A program made the position numbers and the translations under genes. A stretch of DNA of 64,000 nt from Lama guanicoe. Lineage: Eukaryota. Positions 25,690 through 38,655 of this stretch are shown here, one piece after another (the stretch's first letter is position 1; each line of letters opens with the position of its first letter). A model generated the notes under the pieces. It was not told where the DNA came from. It did no database searches and saw only the letters and a program-made list of their open reading frames with translations. The DNA is taken from the NCBI GenBank assembly GCA_013239625.1, contig MU054220.1, positions 7,847,367 to 7,911,366 on the forward strand, written 5' to 3'.

Positions 25690-26729
25690 CTAAAGAGTGA
25701 AAGGTAAAGAAAAGTCTTTTCTCTGTTTTCTATAAGAAAAGCCTCTCATATTTTCTGTTCGGTTTTTAGGCGACAGTATTCTGTATTGTCAGGTGGATAA
25801 TATAAAACTATACCTAAAATAGACCTTTAAAGTTAAAATCTTCTTCCAAATTATAATTAACATCCAGCTTGAGTTTCATGACTAAGTAGCTTTTGAATTT
25901 TTATCAACATGTCCTATAAGTCAGCTTTAACCTCCATATTCCATTTTTACATGCATTTTATTATAACATGTAAGCTATTTTCATTTAAAAGTCTTTTTTA
26001 TAAATCAACTCAAATTATGTAATAGAAATAATCATATATATCGATTGTTAAAATCTTTCAATATAGCTATGCTGGAAGACCATAAGTGATGGTTGAGCCC
26101 CTAATTGTGTTACATGCCCCAGGAGTCTCCTAATGTCTTTCCATTCCTTTATCTTCCACTCTCTGATTTATTACCTTTAGCACGTAAGGAATCTATTGAA
26201 ATGTTAAGCCTGCTCAAACATTTCTGCCTGTGTTAACTCTTTAGATCTTCGAGTTAGAAAAGGTGTTTGCCAGTCTCTTCCTGTCTACTGTATTTCTAAT
26301 TCCTTCTGGCAAATTCAGAATTAATTTTCCAATAATATGACTGTACATTCTGCTGGTGAAAGAACTCCATTTCCACTTTAAAAGCAGAGGCTAGAGGAGG
26401 CATTCATTTTGCGTCCAAACAGCCTGAATGCTGTATTCTGTAACTGTCTTGACTTGCTGAAGGGGAAAGTTTGGTCATCTCTTTGTGTTGCAAATTCCTT
26501 CCAGAAAAAAGGAGAAAATGATACCTAACTGATTGTGATGGATGAGTGTGAAATAGTCACACTCAGCACTCACTAAGGAATGGGCACTGAAAACTAGTCT
26601 AAGCATTGCTTTTTTTTTTCCATTAAGTTTTCAAATGGCATCCATGGACATTTTTTATTAAATTCTCCCAATACTCTGGTAGGAGAGTACAGATATAGAG
26701 ATATGGATCAATCTGTTTAAAAATCTTTG

Positions 26730-27735
26730 TCCTTATGTAAATCTTTCCTTCTGAAAGTCCTTTTCTTGTGGTTACCATGGGGATTACATTTAATTACTGC
26801 CCGTTTATATACCTTTATTTATATGTTTGTTTATTTATTTACATATTTTGATTGTTGTTTCTGTGCTGATTATCAGGCTGAGGTGTAAGTTAGTATCTTA
26901 GGTCTTTCCCTGAAAATTAGCTTTCCCATGTTCTCTATACGTGCAGTTTGTTTTTTTTTTTTAAATCCTAATCTTTAATGGCTGGCTCCCCAAAAAGGAA
27001 AAAGTAAAACAGAAAGGGAGAATAAAAGGATGCTGACTCTTTAAACTCCATGAAACTTAATTAATCCAGAGCGGGAGGGGCTTTCAACAACCATGGCTGC
27101 CTACCTATCTGTCTGCACCTTTGTGCTGAGAAGCAGCAATCAGGAATCAGAGCACAGATCCCTAGTATTTGGAGAACGCACCCCAATTCCCACACTATGT
27201 GCAAGGTGCTCCAGGAACTCATACACCGCTGCTAACCTGGTGGCTGGGAGCAGTGGATAGGTAGCTGCTACTGTTCTAAGAGCTGAAACTGACCAAAATT
27301 AACCACAGTTCACTGTCCAAGTCTTTCTCTGTAAGTCCTAAGCCTTCTACAGATACCTGAGGTCCAAAATAATTATATAAGATTCTGCCAGTGCAATTGT
27401 TGTCTCCTTTGGGAGACAGATCCTGGTCTTCCCTACTCCTCAAATTTCCCAGAATCCTCTCACAAGTTACTTTCAACAAAATGTTTTTCTATTTTCTTTT
27501 TAAATTCTTATTTTTCTATTGACATGTAGTAGATTTACAATGTTAGTTTCAGGTGTACAGCAAAGTGATTCATTTATACATATACATACACACATAAAGA
27601 TGTATATATTTTTTCAGATTCCTTTCCGTTAGAAGTTATTACAAGATATTGACTATAGTTCCCTGTGCTATACAGTAGGTCCTTAGTGTTTATCTGTTTT
27701 ATATATATATAGTAGTGTGTATCTTTTAACAAATA
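26730..27735 (-). mobile_element. Old L1 fragment followed by a younger L1 3' end (27500-27735)
   Basis: ttagtttcaggtgtacagcaaagtgattca...atagttccctgtgctatacagtaggtcct. Confidence 0.7.
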
Positions 27736-28417
27736 CGTTTTAAGCTGATTATAGAACAGCATTAGAACCACATTTTAAACAGGAAGTTGACTGTAGAACA
27801 CGGACTAATTATTTCTCTGATTGATGTTCAATACTTTTAAGACTATACTCTTGAGGGCAAGGAATTAATTTCTTTTAAAAAAATATTGGGGAAGAGGGAA
27901 GACACTGCTAAAAAGCTGTAACATCATCTTCTAGACGACTTAGGTGTGGTTTCTCATGAAAGCAGTGTGAGGCACAGCTGCCTGTAAGACTGATGCGACT
28001 TCAGACCATCAACATAGAAATTAAAATGAGCAGCATACAATTAGCAATATGACAGGTGTATTCACCAAAATAGGAAAAAAGGAAAAAAATCAGTCTTCGG
28101 GGACTCATCAGTGTAGAGGCCCTTGCTTTGTCTCCACGCTCAGGTTACCACCGTGCAGCGAAGTCCCTGTGCTATCTTCCCGTCCCTTCCCTCTCCCTCT
28201 AGGAGACCTGCCAGCCACTAGTTTCTCTTTGATAAATTAAAAGCAGATGGTGTCTCAAGGATGGCTATTAATCTCCTTACAAGATGAAAGTAAGGGGAGA
28301 AAAGCTGGGCAAGGCTTTGTAATTAGTGATTCGTGCACTCCTTACACAGGAACAAAAAGATCTTTGAAGCGGTTTTTCCCCTGGAAGGTGGATACGTTTT
28401 AATTGATATGTAGTTAC

Positions 28418-28638
28418 CTTCAGAAATCAGAATGCACCAAATGGAGTAAACTTCATCAAAGCTTCTTACTTGGAGTGACTATTACCTTAACATATGTATT
28501 TGCTGAATTTCTTGTTGTCTTGGATTATAGAAGGGAAAAACCAACCTTGTCTATTCTAGGAGGTGCCAAATAACTAAAGTTTTCTTCTTGGTAATTGTTT
28601 AACTTAGGTTATGCCATCTACTTAATTGTATTTTGGAG
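28418..28638 (-). pseudogene. Exon remnant carrying the Walker-A-equivalent motif
   Basis: gttttag|CTC (phase 0, compatible with the previous exon) ... YLAPPRIDKVGFSL vs GREB1 LSGPPQIGKTGAYL. Donor AG|gtaact. Confidence 0.75.
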
Positions 28639-29070
28639 CTAAAACACTGCAATAAAGTGATTTAAGTTTTAGAAAATAAATTTCTTTAAGAGTATATATC
28701 TATCTCCAATTCTACACTAGCCACTGGAAAATCTTAATACTTTTCAAAAGTATTTTGTATATGAGAATCCCTTTTATTTTCATGCATATTATTTAATATC
28801 ATTTAAATTATTAATAATTAATCAATATTTAACATCTATAAACACTAAATATAAATTTAAATTATTTCAATAGAAAAAATAAGGATCCAACAGTTCTGTG
28901 AAATTACAGTTAAAAGAATATGTATTTTACTAGTCAAAATAGTCGTCTCATCTAAATGAACTTAAATGAGTTAATTGTGTAACCATATCATAATTCGTAT
29001 CACTTACAAACGGCTTAATAAATATATTTTTTCATAATTTTACCCATAAAAATAGTAAGATGAGTAATAC

Positions 29071-29351
29071 CATATTCCATCCCCAGCTTTTGCATATGAG
29101 TTCAATAGTACTTGGTGGTAATTCAGTAGCTTTCTCACAGAATTCATAATCAGAAACCCAAGGCCGTATATAGCAGAGCTTGTAAGGGACAAGTATGTAA
29201 ATGCATAAATCAAGAAAACGCTTCCTCTGAGAATTCCAGAACCCTTTATTAACTGGTGTAGGTTGGAATCATTTGGGATGAATTCACAGTGGAATGTGGA
29301 ATACCTTTATTTCCATATGATTATGTTATCTGTTTCTTTAGGTTAGCCAAC
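29071..29351 (-). pseudogene. Exon remnant
   Basis: catctag|...GNKGIPHS (frameshift) FQPTPVNKGFW...KLCYIRPWVSDYEFC...SWGWNM|gtatta vs GREB1 SSGLPKA...FRPLLSK...SLYYRQW. Confidence 0.75.
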
Positions 29352-30594
29352 CTAGATGATAACAAAACTATTTGATTAATTAAATGTCCTAAGTATTTAA
29401 TAAGCAGCTACTTTGGGCAAGCTCAGAGGTATGATTACTATCTTCATGGAGATTTCAGTCTAGTGGTGGTATACAGAGGCTGAAATTATTAGTGATTACA
29501 AAGTGAATTTAAAATAATCTAATGGGAATACAAGTTAAGTGGAGATTAATCATAACAGTTCATCAAAGAATTGGTATACCTTATCAATAAATAAATGATT
29601 GCTAATTTCATAGATTTTGATGACTAGCTATCTTTCCAGTGCATTAACTTCCAATAAGATTGTTTAATAAAAGAAATCCCTAGAAAGTACAATAAAATTC
29701 TCAGAAATCGGAGAGTTTTTGCCTTTCTTAAAAAAAAAAAGTTTGATAAATTGCTTTGGCATCAAACCTAAAGACAAATTATTTTATTTTACTTTAAAAA
29801 GACATTATCTCATCATTTCAGAACACTAGTCCACTTGAAGTTAGAATTATTTGTTTATAAACCACAAATAAATGTAAAATTGCCAGTAATTTGTGGAAAA
29901 TATTAATTGTTGTTCCTAAGTGATTTTTTTAGCCCTAAAGAATTTTCTATCCAACATTTTGATAGTCTTTACAGTATTTCTGATAAAAAATATGTCTCAA
30001 GGTATACTAAGAAGTTCCATTTAAAATTTATTACATAAGCCAATGGATAATATTAGTTAAGTATTTTGAATGTAAGAGAAATATCTTTTTTCTATCAACA
30101 TAATACATAATTCTTTATTTTGTCTTATAAAATTATAAATTTTTACTGATTGCATGTATATATGTGTGTATATACTGTTGTATCTGTTCATATTTATATT
30201 ATTCAGCTTTTTTCATCCAATTTTTTGACTGGTTGATAAAATGTAATAATATTCATGAGCTTAACATTGATACATAAGGAAGATACATTTATTATTTCTC
30301 TACAGAACCACTTACATTTACTCTAGTTGCAAAAGTTGTCAGGGATTTTATTTTAGCACTTTGGGGTTCTTAGTATCAATATATTGATTGAGAATATTTT
30401 TAGATTCAATAAACTTAATTCTCTCATATAAATGCTCTAATACTTCATATATCTAAATGATATGGTGATTATTAAAGTAGAATTTTACTTGAAAGCCATC
30501 TGAAATATATTGTGGTTTTGGTCACTTTACATTTTCTAAATTAAAAAACACTGAAATATCTGTGTACACATATGGAAAGCTGTGAATGTTTTAC

Positions 30595-30848
30595 GGTAAC
30601 CACATCCTTAACTATGAAAAGCGTGGGCTGATCATCCACATTTCCTTCTCCTGATGCCATTCCCCAAAGCTTCTGTGCAGTATTTGTATATGAGGGAAAA
30701 GGGGGAGACACAAGATCATTTCCATTCACTAGGATATCCTGATCAAGCTTGACACACAAGTTACTTTCTTTTTCTACAGGAAGTGGACACTGATTTCATA
30801 TGAAGCTACAGAACTCTAATTACAGCATCGTCAGCAAGCTATGTCTTT
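30595..30848 (-). pseudogene. Exon remnant
   Basis: ttacttgtag| acceptor. Long open stretch ending VDDQPTLFIVKDV vs GREB1 CRQPPIVFLPKLV. Confidence 0.6.
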
Positions 30849-31899
30849 CTACAAGTAAAATGATAGAGAGTGGTGTTGTCATATGCTTTCGAAAGTCATG
30901 GAACATGCATTCTAGATCTAATCAGGGCTATTCAATAATTTTTATGCCATCTTACAACATATATAAATATGAACTGTCCTATGTGATTGTTAGAACTGTG
31001 GCAATTAAACCCCAAAGTCCTGCTTGCCTCAGCTAGAAGGTTGGGTTAGGGTATCAGATGACAACTGTTATCCAATTCTTACTTTTTGTCTTGAAGCTTA
31101 GTTGCCCAGACTGGATTAGTCATAAATGTAAATTAAAAACACATTATTACTGTTGAAACATACATGACACTTTTAAAATTTATTTATTAAAAGATAACCT
31201 TTTTATCATGCAAACCAAGAGCTAGAATGTTTCAACTGACTTACATTTACTTGTTTGAACCACTCCTGTCCCATTCTACTGCCTCCCATAGAATGATTTA
31301 CTGCTATGACTTTTTTTAACTTAGTTTTTCTTGTTTCAAGTTTCATAAATTAGGTAGTGCTCTGGGACGATTTCCAGCTTTATCTGTTAAATAATTCTCT
31401 ATTTTGCCAGTGACTACTGCCATCTCCACCATATATCAACATTCTCCATGCGCCCAAGTCTCTTAGAGACACTCTATTCCATTCCATTGGTCAATTAGTT
31501 TATCCCTCTACAAATACATACTGTGTTAATAAATTAAAAATTGACTTTTTGCTTAGACTCATTCTAGAAAATACTCTTAATTCCCTCATTTAACTCTATT
31601 CAAGAAGAAAATGAGGTTTGAATTGCAGAGCATGTGCCCCACAAAAAGGAAACAATATATTATTTTTTTAAGTTACTTTCAGACATTATATAACTGGCTA
31701 GCATTTGATAGACAGTCAGAGGCAAGACATTTCCTTTATATAATAATGTTGAAATCTTAGTCCTTAAATTTATTATTTGCAAAATTGTATCTAGAAGAAT
31801 TTCTTCAATTAAATGTAGGGATTCTCAAGATTTCTCTTCTGAGCTATGTTGGTATAGATTTTATCTGGACAGTGTTTGCATTGTAAAGTAAGAAAAGTT

Positions 31900-33315
31900 G
31901 AGAAAAGACAAAACAAAACAAAACATAAAGAAAAATAAGCACACATATTTTCAGCAAGGGCTCCTGAGGCTTCCACAACAAGACGTGCCATAACCCTTGA
32001 AAGATGGAAAATACAATTACGTAAGCCTAACAGTCCACCTCAGCTTTCTTCTTGGAACCCTTTCCAAGCCTTAAGTGGAACAGAAGGAGAGGCTAAAAAG
32101 CTTGACAGAGGACAGCCAATGTGCTACAGAGACGCTGCAGAGATTTCAGCATTTCATAGAAATAGGGAGGAAGGAAATGACATTTGGGTTTGACAACCTC
32201 AGCAGATGAAGCTTGTGTAGCCAAGATCCTGGAGAGGAGAGATATGCCGATAAGGCTGAACATGATGCTCTACCTGGCTCTCTCCTCATGCTATTATCCA
32301 AATCTTAATGTACACTGGGACAGATGCTGAGAATTCTAGTGGAAACAGCTGAAATGTTTAATGGAGCTTTTGACAGTGTTACAACACTGAATATTTAGCT
32401 TTTCTAAAAATAAATTGGAGTTCAGGACCTGGCAAGTTGGAAGGGGGTGGACCTGAAATAGATCAAGCATTCAGTGTGAAAAGCAGCCTTCAGCCAGCTA
32501 AGTTGGTTATGGATTAAGGTGATCTTCCTCTACTTTAGAAGTCTGAGGCAGGATTGGGTGATAATTCTTTGAAGGAAGATGACATTATTAAAAGCCTCCA
32601 CTGTATTTCATAACACAATGCCTGACACACAGTGAAATATTATCAGGCATTATAAAAGGAAGAATCAAGAAAAAAAAATTGATAATAGAAACAGTTTTCA
32701 TGTGGCCTAGATGCTGAAGTTTTGGATATGAACTTTAATATAACTACAATTAATATGTCAAGGAAAATAAATAACACGATGGACAATTTTCCCAGATTAC
32801 TGGAATATATACTTAAGAAGTCAAGTGGGAATTTTAGAACAGAATAGATGAAAACTGTGAAATTAAAAAAATATGGATGTGTTTAGGATCATACTGGAAA
32901 ACTGAAGAGCTGACTTGTTGAACTGGAGTGGAATAGGTTAATGGACACTATCTAGACTGAAACATGAAGTAGAGAAAGAGAAGAAGAAAGAGGATGAGGA
33001 GGAGGAGAGAGAGGAGGAAGAAGAGGACAAGGAGGAGAATAAGAAAGGAGGAAAAAAATGCAAGAAATATGGGATATTGTAAAAATACACAACTTAATAA
33101 AAGAATTATCAGAAGAGCAAAAGAAGAAAAATAATTGATATTCAAAAAGATAATAGCTTAGAATTTCCCAAAGTGGATGAAAGACATTCAGCTACATATT
33201 CCAAGAAGCACAAGAAACTCCATTTAGGATAAAGACAAAGAAAATCAACCTATGCACTTTGCAGTAAAATTGCAAAAAGTCAAAGACAAAACAAACATTT
33301 TAAAGGTGATAAGAT
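31900..33315 (+). mobile_element. Old L1 5'/ORF1 remnant containing a (GAG/GAA)n purine tract
   Basis: aaagataatagcttagaatttcccaaagtggatgaaagacat...gaagcacaagaaactcca, ORF1-like. Confidence 0.55.
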
Positions 33316-34391
33316 CTTAGAACCTTTGCCCACTGTCTAGCACTTCAGATAAGTAACAAGGAGCTTTTATTTTTTTCTTCCTCTCCTCTCTGTTAATATG
33401 TTCTCTTTTAAGTTCTGTGTTAATTTATTGTTTCCTCTATCCATGTATTTTTTATCTCGCTGGGCATCTTCCTATACTTTCTTCTTGTATTTTTATCTTT
33501 TCGTTTTTCCCTTCTTTCACAAAATCTCTCTCCTGTGACAAATTCATGTTTAATTTGTTACAGAATCTTCCTCACATTCTCATCAACTATTCTTCTAGGT
33601 TGTCAAATATGTTGGCTGTGCATAGTAGTCTCTATGACTGTTTGTATTTCTGTTGTATCAGTTGTAATAGCTCCTCTTCCATTACTGATTTTAGAATTTT
33701 ATTTAGAAAATCAGAAATGAAAGAAGAGATTTTTATTGATTTCTAGTGTGGGTATTGCAAAAAAACAAAAACAAAAACAAAAAACAAGAGAACCTGACAT
33801 TCCATTTATTCCAGCTATTTAGCTAAAGAGTTAAGTTGTAGCACTGACAAGAAAGGGAAAGGAAAAGGTTTTCTCTTAATAAAGATACCTAATGTAGTGC
33901 TCAATGATATAAAATCTCAGATTTCTGTATTTTGAGTTCTTTTTCTATCCCAGTTATTATGTCTCTATTTTTCCTTAGACGAAAGTTGAAGAGAAATGGG
34001 GCTAATTATACTAAAGTAGTCACATAATTGATAGGAGGTTTGTGTTTTTTGACTCAAAGTGAAGATAAAAACTGGTGTTTGTCCAACTTTGGTTATCTTA
34101 ATTTTACAGTGTGAAGTTCTAACCTTTAGGCCTTTTTCCATTACTGTCCAGCACACATTAAAAGTCACTGTGAACTATCACCAGAAACATTTAACTTTGA
34201 GTAGTGACACCATGCTTTACTTTATTCAATATGATGTCTCTTCTAAATGAAATATAAGACTAAATTAACAGTGTTTCCTTTCTTTAAAATCAGCTTTTCG
34301 TTATAAAGTTGACTTTTAATGTTCCATGTTGTTAGGCAAACAGCATTATTTGAAATTAGTTACAGGTTTCTTATTTTGCACAAGCCAAGCT

Positions 34392-34592
34392 TGATTACAA
34401 GTCTTTCTTTTTTTTATTTTTTATTTTTTTATTTTTTTACATTCTTTATTGTTTTTTATTTCTTTTACTATGTTGTGTCAAATCCCAGTGTTCAGCACAA
34501 TTTTTCAGTCATTCATGGACTTATATATACACAAAATGTTATGATAACTCAGAGAGAAAAAAATGTGACAATGAGTGATTACAAGTCTTTCT
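34392..34592 (-). mobile_element. Young short 5'-inverted L1 with 17-bp TSD
   Basis: TGATTACAAGTCTTTCT at 34392-34408 and 34576-34592, enclosing a T-rich tail, a minus-strand L1 3' end and a plus-strand L1 3'UTR piece. Confidence 0.85.
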
Positions 34593-34799
34593 ATAAAGCT
34601 TCTATTCAGTTTAATAATTCATACTTCTCCCTTATCAGCTTTAGAATTCTAAAGGAGGCATTTGCCTATAAATCTTTCTCTCTGCTGCATTTTATTTTAA
34701 TTCACAGCAACAGAACACTGACATAATTGGTGCGATCTGTTATTTACATATGGGTGGTGAGACGCAGGTGGCAACTCTTTTTAAGTGTTGTAAGGAAAA

Positions 34800-35090
34800 G
34801 TAAGACCTTCCTTGCAACTTGAGTTATATGAATAAAAATTGTGGTGGGCTTAGGAGAGCAGCCACTGTCACTAGGGGTGTTCCTTAATTTCTGCAGTAAA
34901 TCTTTTCCATATGGAATCTTTTTCGAGTCTACTCTACACCAGAATGCTTATTTTCTGTTATGAACATTTATTCTCTAAAAAGTGGCCCCATAAAAGAATA
35001 TTGCTGGGTTTCATATGTGTAATCCTAAGAAATGTTCAGAATAAATTGACTTGTGATTTTGTTCTAATAAAAAACTCGTATAAATCCTTT
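34800..35090 (-). pseudogene. Exon remnant, GREB1 helicase-like region
   Basis: atttcag| acceptor. KPSNILLWG...SILV*SRLEKD vs GREB1 LPCILIFSG...SCLVRTALEQE. 3' end approximate. Confidence 0.65.
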
Positions 35091-35289
35091 CTGAAATCTA
35101 AAATATACACCATGATTTTGTGCCTTAACCACAACTTTTAAATATAAAAACAATAAAAGTAAAGCTCAGTGACTTCACTTGTCACATTTTGACATGTTTG
35201 AATAGGATGAAAAATTTTTAATGAACATTCTAGTAAACAACTTTGAAAAACAACTATCTAATAAATGGACTCAGTTGACGGCTAGACAG

Positions 35290-35566
35290 TACAAGCCCAC
35301 ATTGAATTAGCTACAGTCTTTCGGGCAAGGTATAATTTGGAATTCAGAATTTCTTAAGTTTTCTAAGGTAATATGGTCATATATTCCTGAGATAAATAAT
35401 TCCAAACAGACTGACTTTAGTTCTCCTACATTTTGCATCAATTTTCCATTTTTCGAGATTTGGGGTTTAGAAATCATACATAAGTGATTCCTTAATATGT
35501 ATAAAGTTGCTGATACTCCAGCAAAGCCATTTTTTTGTCATTTTATTGCTGTTGTTCTTTATTGAC
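35290..35566 (-). pseudogene. Exon remnant, GREB1 helicase-like region
   Basis: ctaatag| acceptor. Shifted frame NLRNSEFQIIPCPKDCS*FNVG vs GREB1 LALEEHFEIILGSPSSGVTVG. Confidence 0.65.
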
Positions 35567-36049
35567 CTATTAGCAAGTGTCCAGAACAATGAATGGAAGA
35601 TAAAAACACTTAAAAGATAGTTGTTGAATACATGAGTTGAATGAACATTTGAGAAAATTTGAAATATTCTTTTAATTGTCATTTGTTTGGTTAAAAGCAT
35701 TATCCAGGGATCCGGGGGATCTAAGGTTACATAATAACATAATAGTAATGTAAAATAAGAAAAGTTAGCATTTACTGAAGTTTACATTGTAATGATGCTA
35801 TTGTCTCGTGGAACTCTCCAAACAAGTTTGCAAGAGGCTTACTATTATTTTTATCATTTTGGATATATGAAACCTGAGGCTTAGAAAGACACTTGCCAAA
35901 TTGTCATAAATAATAATATTGGAATTAGTAATTAAACCCAGGCAATTTACCTTCGAGCCCATAGAATTAAAGATCTAGATATTGTGACTACGTCAGCAAG
36001 TAGATAATATAAAATGCCGTATGTAATAAAGATAAGAAAACTCCCCTCA

Positions 36050-36131
36050 AAATTGTTTTCACATAATAGAGAGATTACAATGGCTGTAATAATGAACGAG
36101 GGCCTCACCGAGGTGGCAGGGGAATATAATT
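36050..36131 (-). pseudogene. Exon remnant
   Basis: ccaag|A IIFPCHLGEALVHYYSHCNLSIM vs GREB1 VIRTFVLVQHYAAALMAV. Donor not recognisable. Confidence 0.5.
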
Positions 36132-36369
36132 CTTGGCGGATACATGTAGAATTTAGAAAACGTGATATTGACAGAAATTATCAGATAAATGCGAAATTCA
36201 CAACGAGCTGTTTTAAGAATGCTATCATATGTAAAGCAGCAAGAAAACTCTGCATTCATGGTGCTGATGACAGAAAATTGAATTTCCAGCAGATTTCAGA
36301 TTTCAGAAAAAACAATCAATTTTAGAAAAAAATACCATCACAGAAAACAAAACACAACAAAACACCTTT

Positions 36370-37760
36370 CTTGACTCCATACCCCCTGTGTAGTTTCACT
36401 TATATATTTCTCATTGATAAAACTTAGTGGAATATTTCATGTTTTCTGTACCTATTTCATCAACTCATATTTGATTCTGCTCCATGAATACTGCTGTCAT
36501 CACTCACTATTGTCAAGATCATCACTAACAACCACTTCTCAAATTCAGTGATCAATTCTCAGTCCTTATCTTATTGTACCTCTCAGTAGTATTCAATAAG
36601 TGTGAAGAAATTTGTAAAAATCTTTTTCCCTGAGCTTATTACATGCATTGCTCTGATGTGTTTTTCTCCTCCTTCCCTTGCTACTCCTCCGTCTTTTTTC
36701 TTGGAGTTTCTCTTCATATTCCTGAACGCTAGAGTGACCCTGCTCAGTTCTCCAACCACTTTCCTTCCCTATTTATATCTCCTTCTTTATGATTTCATTC
36801 AGTCTTATTATGCATAGTTCATTCTCAAATTTATACCCCAGTGTGCTATAGAACGTTACAACTAAGAACCTTATAGCCTAGTATCTATTAAAACTTCTAC
36901 TAAATGAGCTTAACGGTCCAGTACGTAACTCTGCCTTCCAGTGTAAATGAACTCTACGCTTCCCCATCTCAGCATTCATCATTTACCCAATTGCTCAGAC
37001 CTAGAAGTCATCCTGGATTATTTTTTTCTCTGTCATCCTGAACCTTGTTCATATGTCTTGAACAATCAGCTCTCAGGATGCACTGAGTTAAGACCACTTG
37101 TCTTCATTGTTACCACCAGCACACTAGTCCAAGCCGCCACCATCTCTCTGACATCTCTGTCACTTCAGTGACCACCTTGGTGGTTTATTTACTTCTAGTC
37201 TGGCCTAGATTACATGGAGCCATCAGAATCATCTTTTAAAATCTTAGCTAAGACCATATTGTTCTCGTATTCAAAATTTCCTGGTGGTTTGTGTCACACT
37301 TAGAACAGAATCCAACTTCCTGACTCAGGTTCAAAGCCTCATGTGATTTAATTTCCAATCTAGACACCTTCCCGCTTCAATTATGCTTGCTCTGTCTTGA
37401 TCACACTGACCTTCCTGCAAGTCCTTAGAACACACCTAATTGTTTCCTGTCTCAAAGACTTTCACCTGTGTTTCCTACACCAGCATGCTCTTCTTCCTCC
37501 TTATGTGAGTCCCTTCCCTTCCTCTCTTTCTTCAGGGCTCTCCTGAAATATCACCTCCTCACAGAGGCCTTCCTTGACCACCTTAAGCAAAATAGAGAAC
37601 CTACCACAGTTCTACCACTCTTTATGCCCTTACTTCGCTTTCCTTTTTTTTTTCCATATCACGTATCACTAGTTAAATTTAGCTGTATATGCCTCTTAAT
37701 GTATTGATTCATGCAGAAGTGCCTGCTGTTCATAAGGCAAGTGATCCTCCCTAAGAGATA
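36370..37760. mobile_element. L2 remnant
   Basis: ttctcagtccttatcttatt, ctagtccaagccgccaccatctctc, cagaggccttccttgaccacc. Confidence 0.7.
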
Positions 37761-37899
37761 AAAACGTTTTGAAAAATGTTTCGCAATATTTAGTATTAAA
37801 AGTATCAAAGTGATATGAAGAGGCAGCTTATGCATCCAAGACACAGGATGGCATAAGCTTCCAGAACATATCTACTTTTAGTAATAATACGTTGATTTA

Positions 37900-38015
37900 A
37901 AGTGTGTATATATATATGTATATACACACACACTTTATATATATGTGTATATATATATGTATAAAGTGTGTATATATATACATATATGTATATATGTATA
38001 TATATGTATATATAT
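37900..38015. repeat. (TA/TG/CA)n microsatellite
   Basis: Directly visible alternating purine-pyrimidine tract. Confidence 0.9.
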
Positions 38016-38283
38016 GGTAATATCATAAAAATGGTTAGCATTTTAAATTCATTTACCATTGTGCATAAATTAACTAATTGTGACACCATTGATTTCATTT
38101 GAATAGATATTGCACACCTCAAATGTGTCAAACAAGGGGATAGCTCTTAGAAGAAAAAGACAGGTCCCTTTCTCTGTCTTTCCTGAGATGCTCTTAGAGT
38201 AACAGAATTAAAATATTTGAATACAACTGACAGCTAATGGTATGAAATGAGTACTAAGAAAACATATATATTTATATACAAAC

Positions 38284-38420
38284 TTGAAAAGACTGTGATT
38301 GTGGAGCTGTTGATGATTAGGTATAATGAGAACTCTTAACTGCAGGCTTAAAAAGAACTTTGCAGTTGTTGAAAAATGGGCCTCAATTTGTAATTGAGAA
38401 TTTAAATTAGAACATCCATT
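38284..38420 (-). pseudogene. Exon remnant
   Basis: Open frame LNSQLQIEAHFSTTAKFF vs GREB1 SLPLLRYDSSFEAMVTAL. Ends AA|gt in phase 2, matching the next exon. Confidence 0.5.
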
Positions 38421-38548
38421 TATATAGAAGTCTACCATTTAAGTATATGTGAACTTATATTTCAAAAACATACCAATTAGAGTACAATTTGACAACAGTA
38501 GCCTAGGAATAAAAATCACAGTCTATCTGCTGTGAAAGAACTGCTTAC

Positions 38549-38655
38549 TTTCACAGGTCACATTCAGAAAGTCTTGGAACAATTGTCTTACTGCTCCAAA
38601 CCAGAAAGTATCTTCAACTATTTGTTGTGGGTTGGCATGTCTGCTGCTGTCTACA
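38549..38655 (-). pseudogene. Exon remnant, stop-free with consensus splice sites
   Basis: tttttctttacag|T VDSSRHANPQQIVEDTFWFGAVRQLFQDFLNVTCE A|gtaagc. WFG corresponds to YFG of GREB1 by position. Confidence 0.7.

Noticed and set aside
32948..33145. Hydrophobic Leu/Phe ORF
   Set aside because: Antisense reading of a (GAG/GAA)n purine tract.
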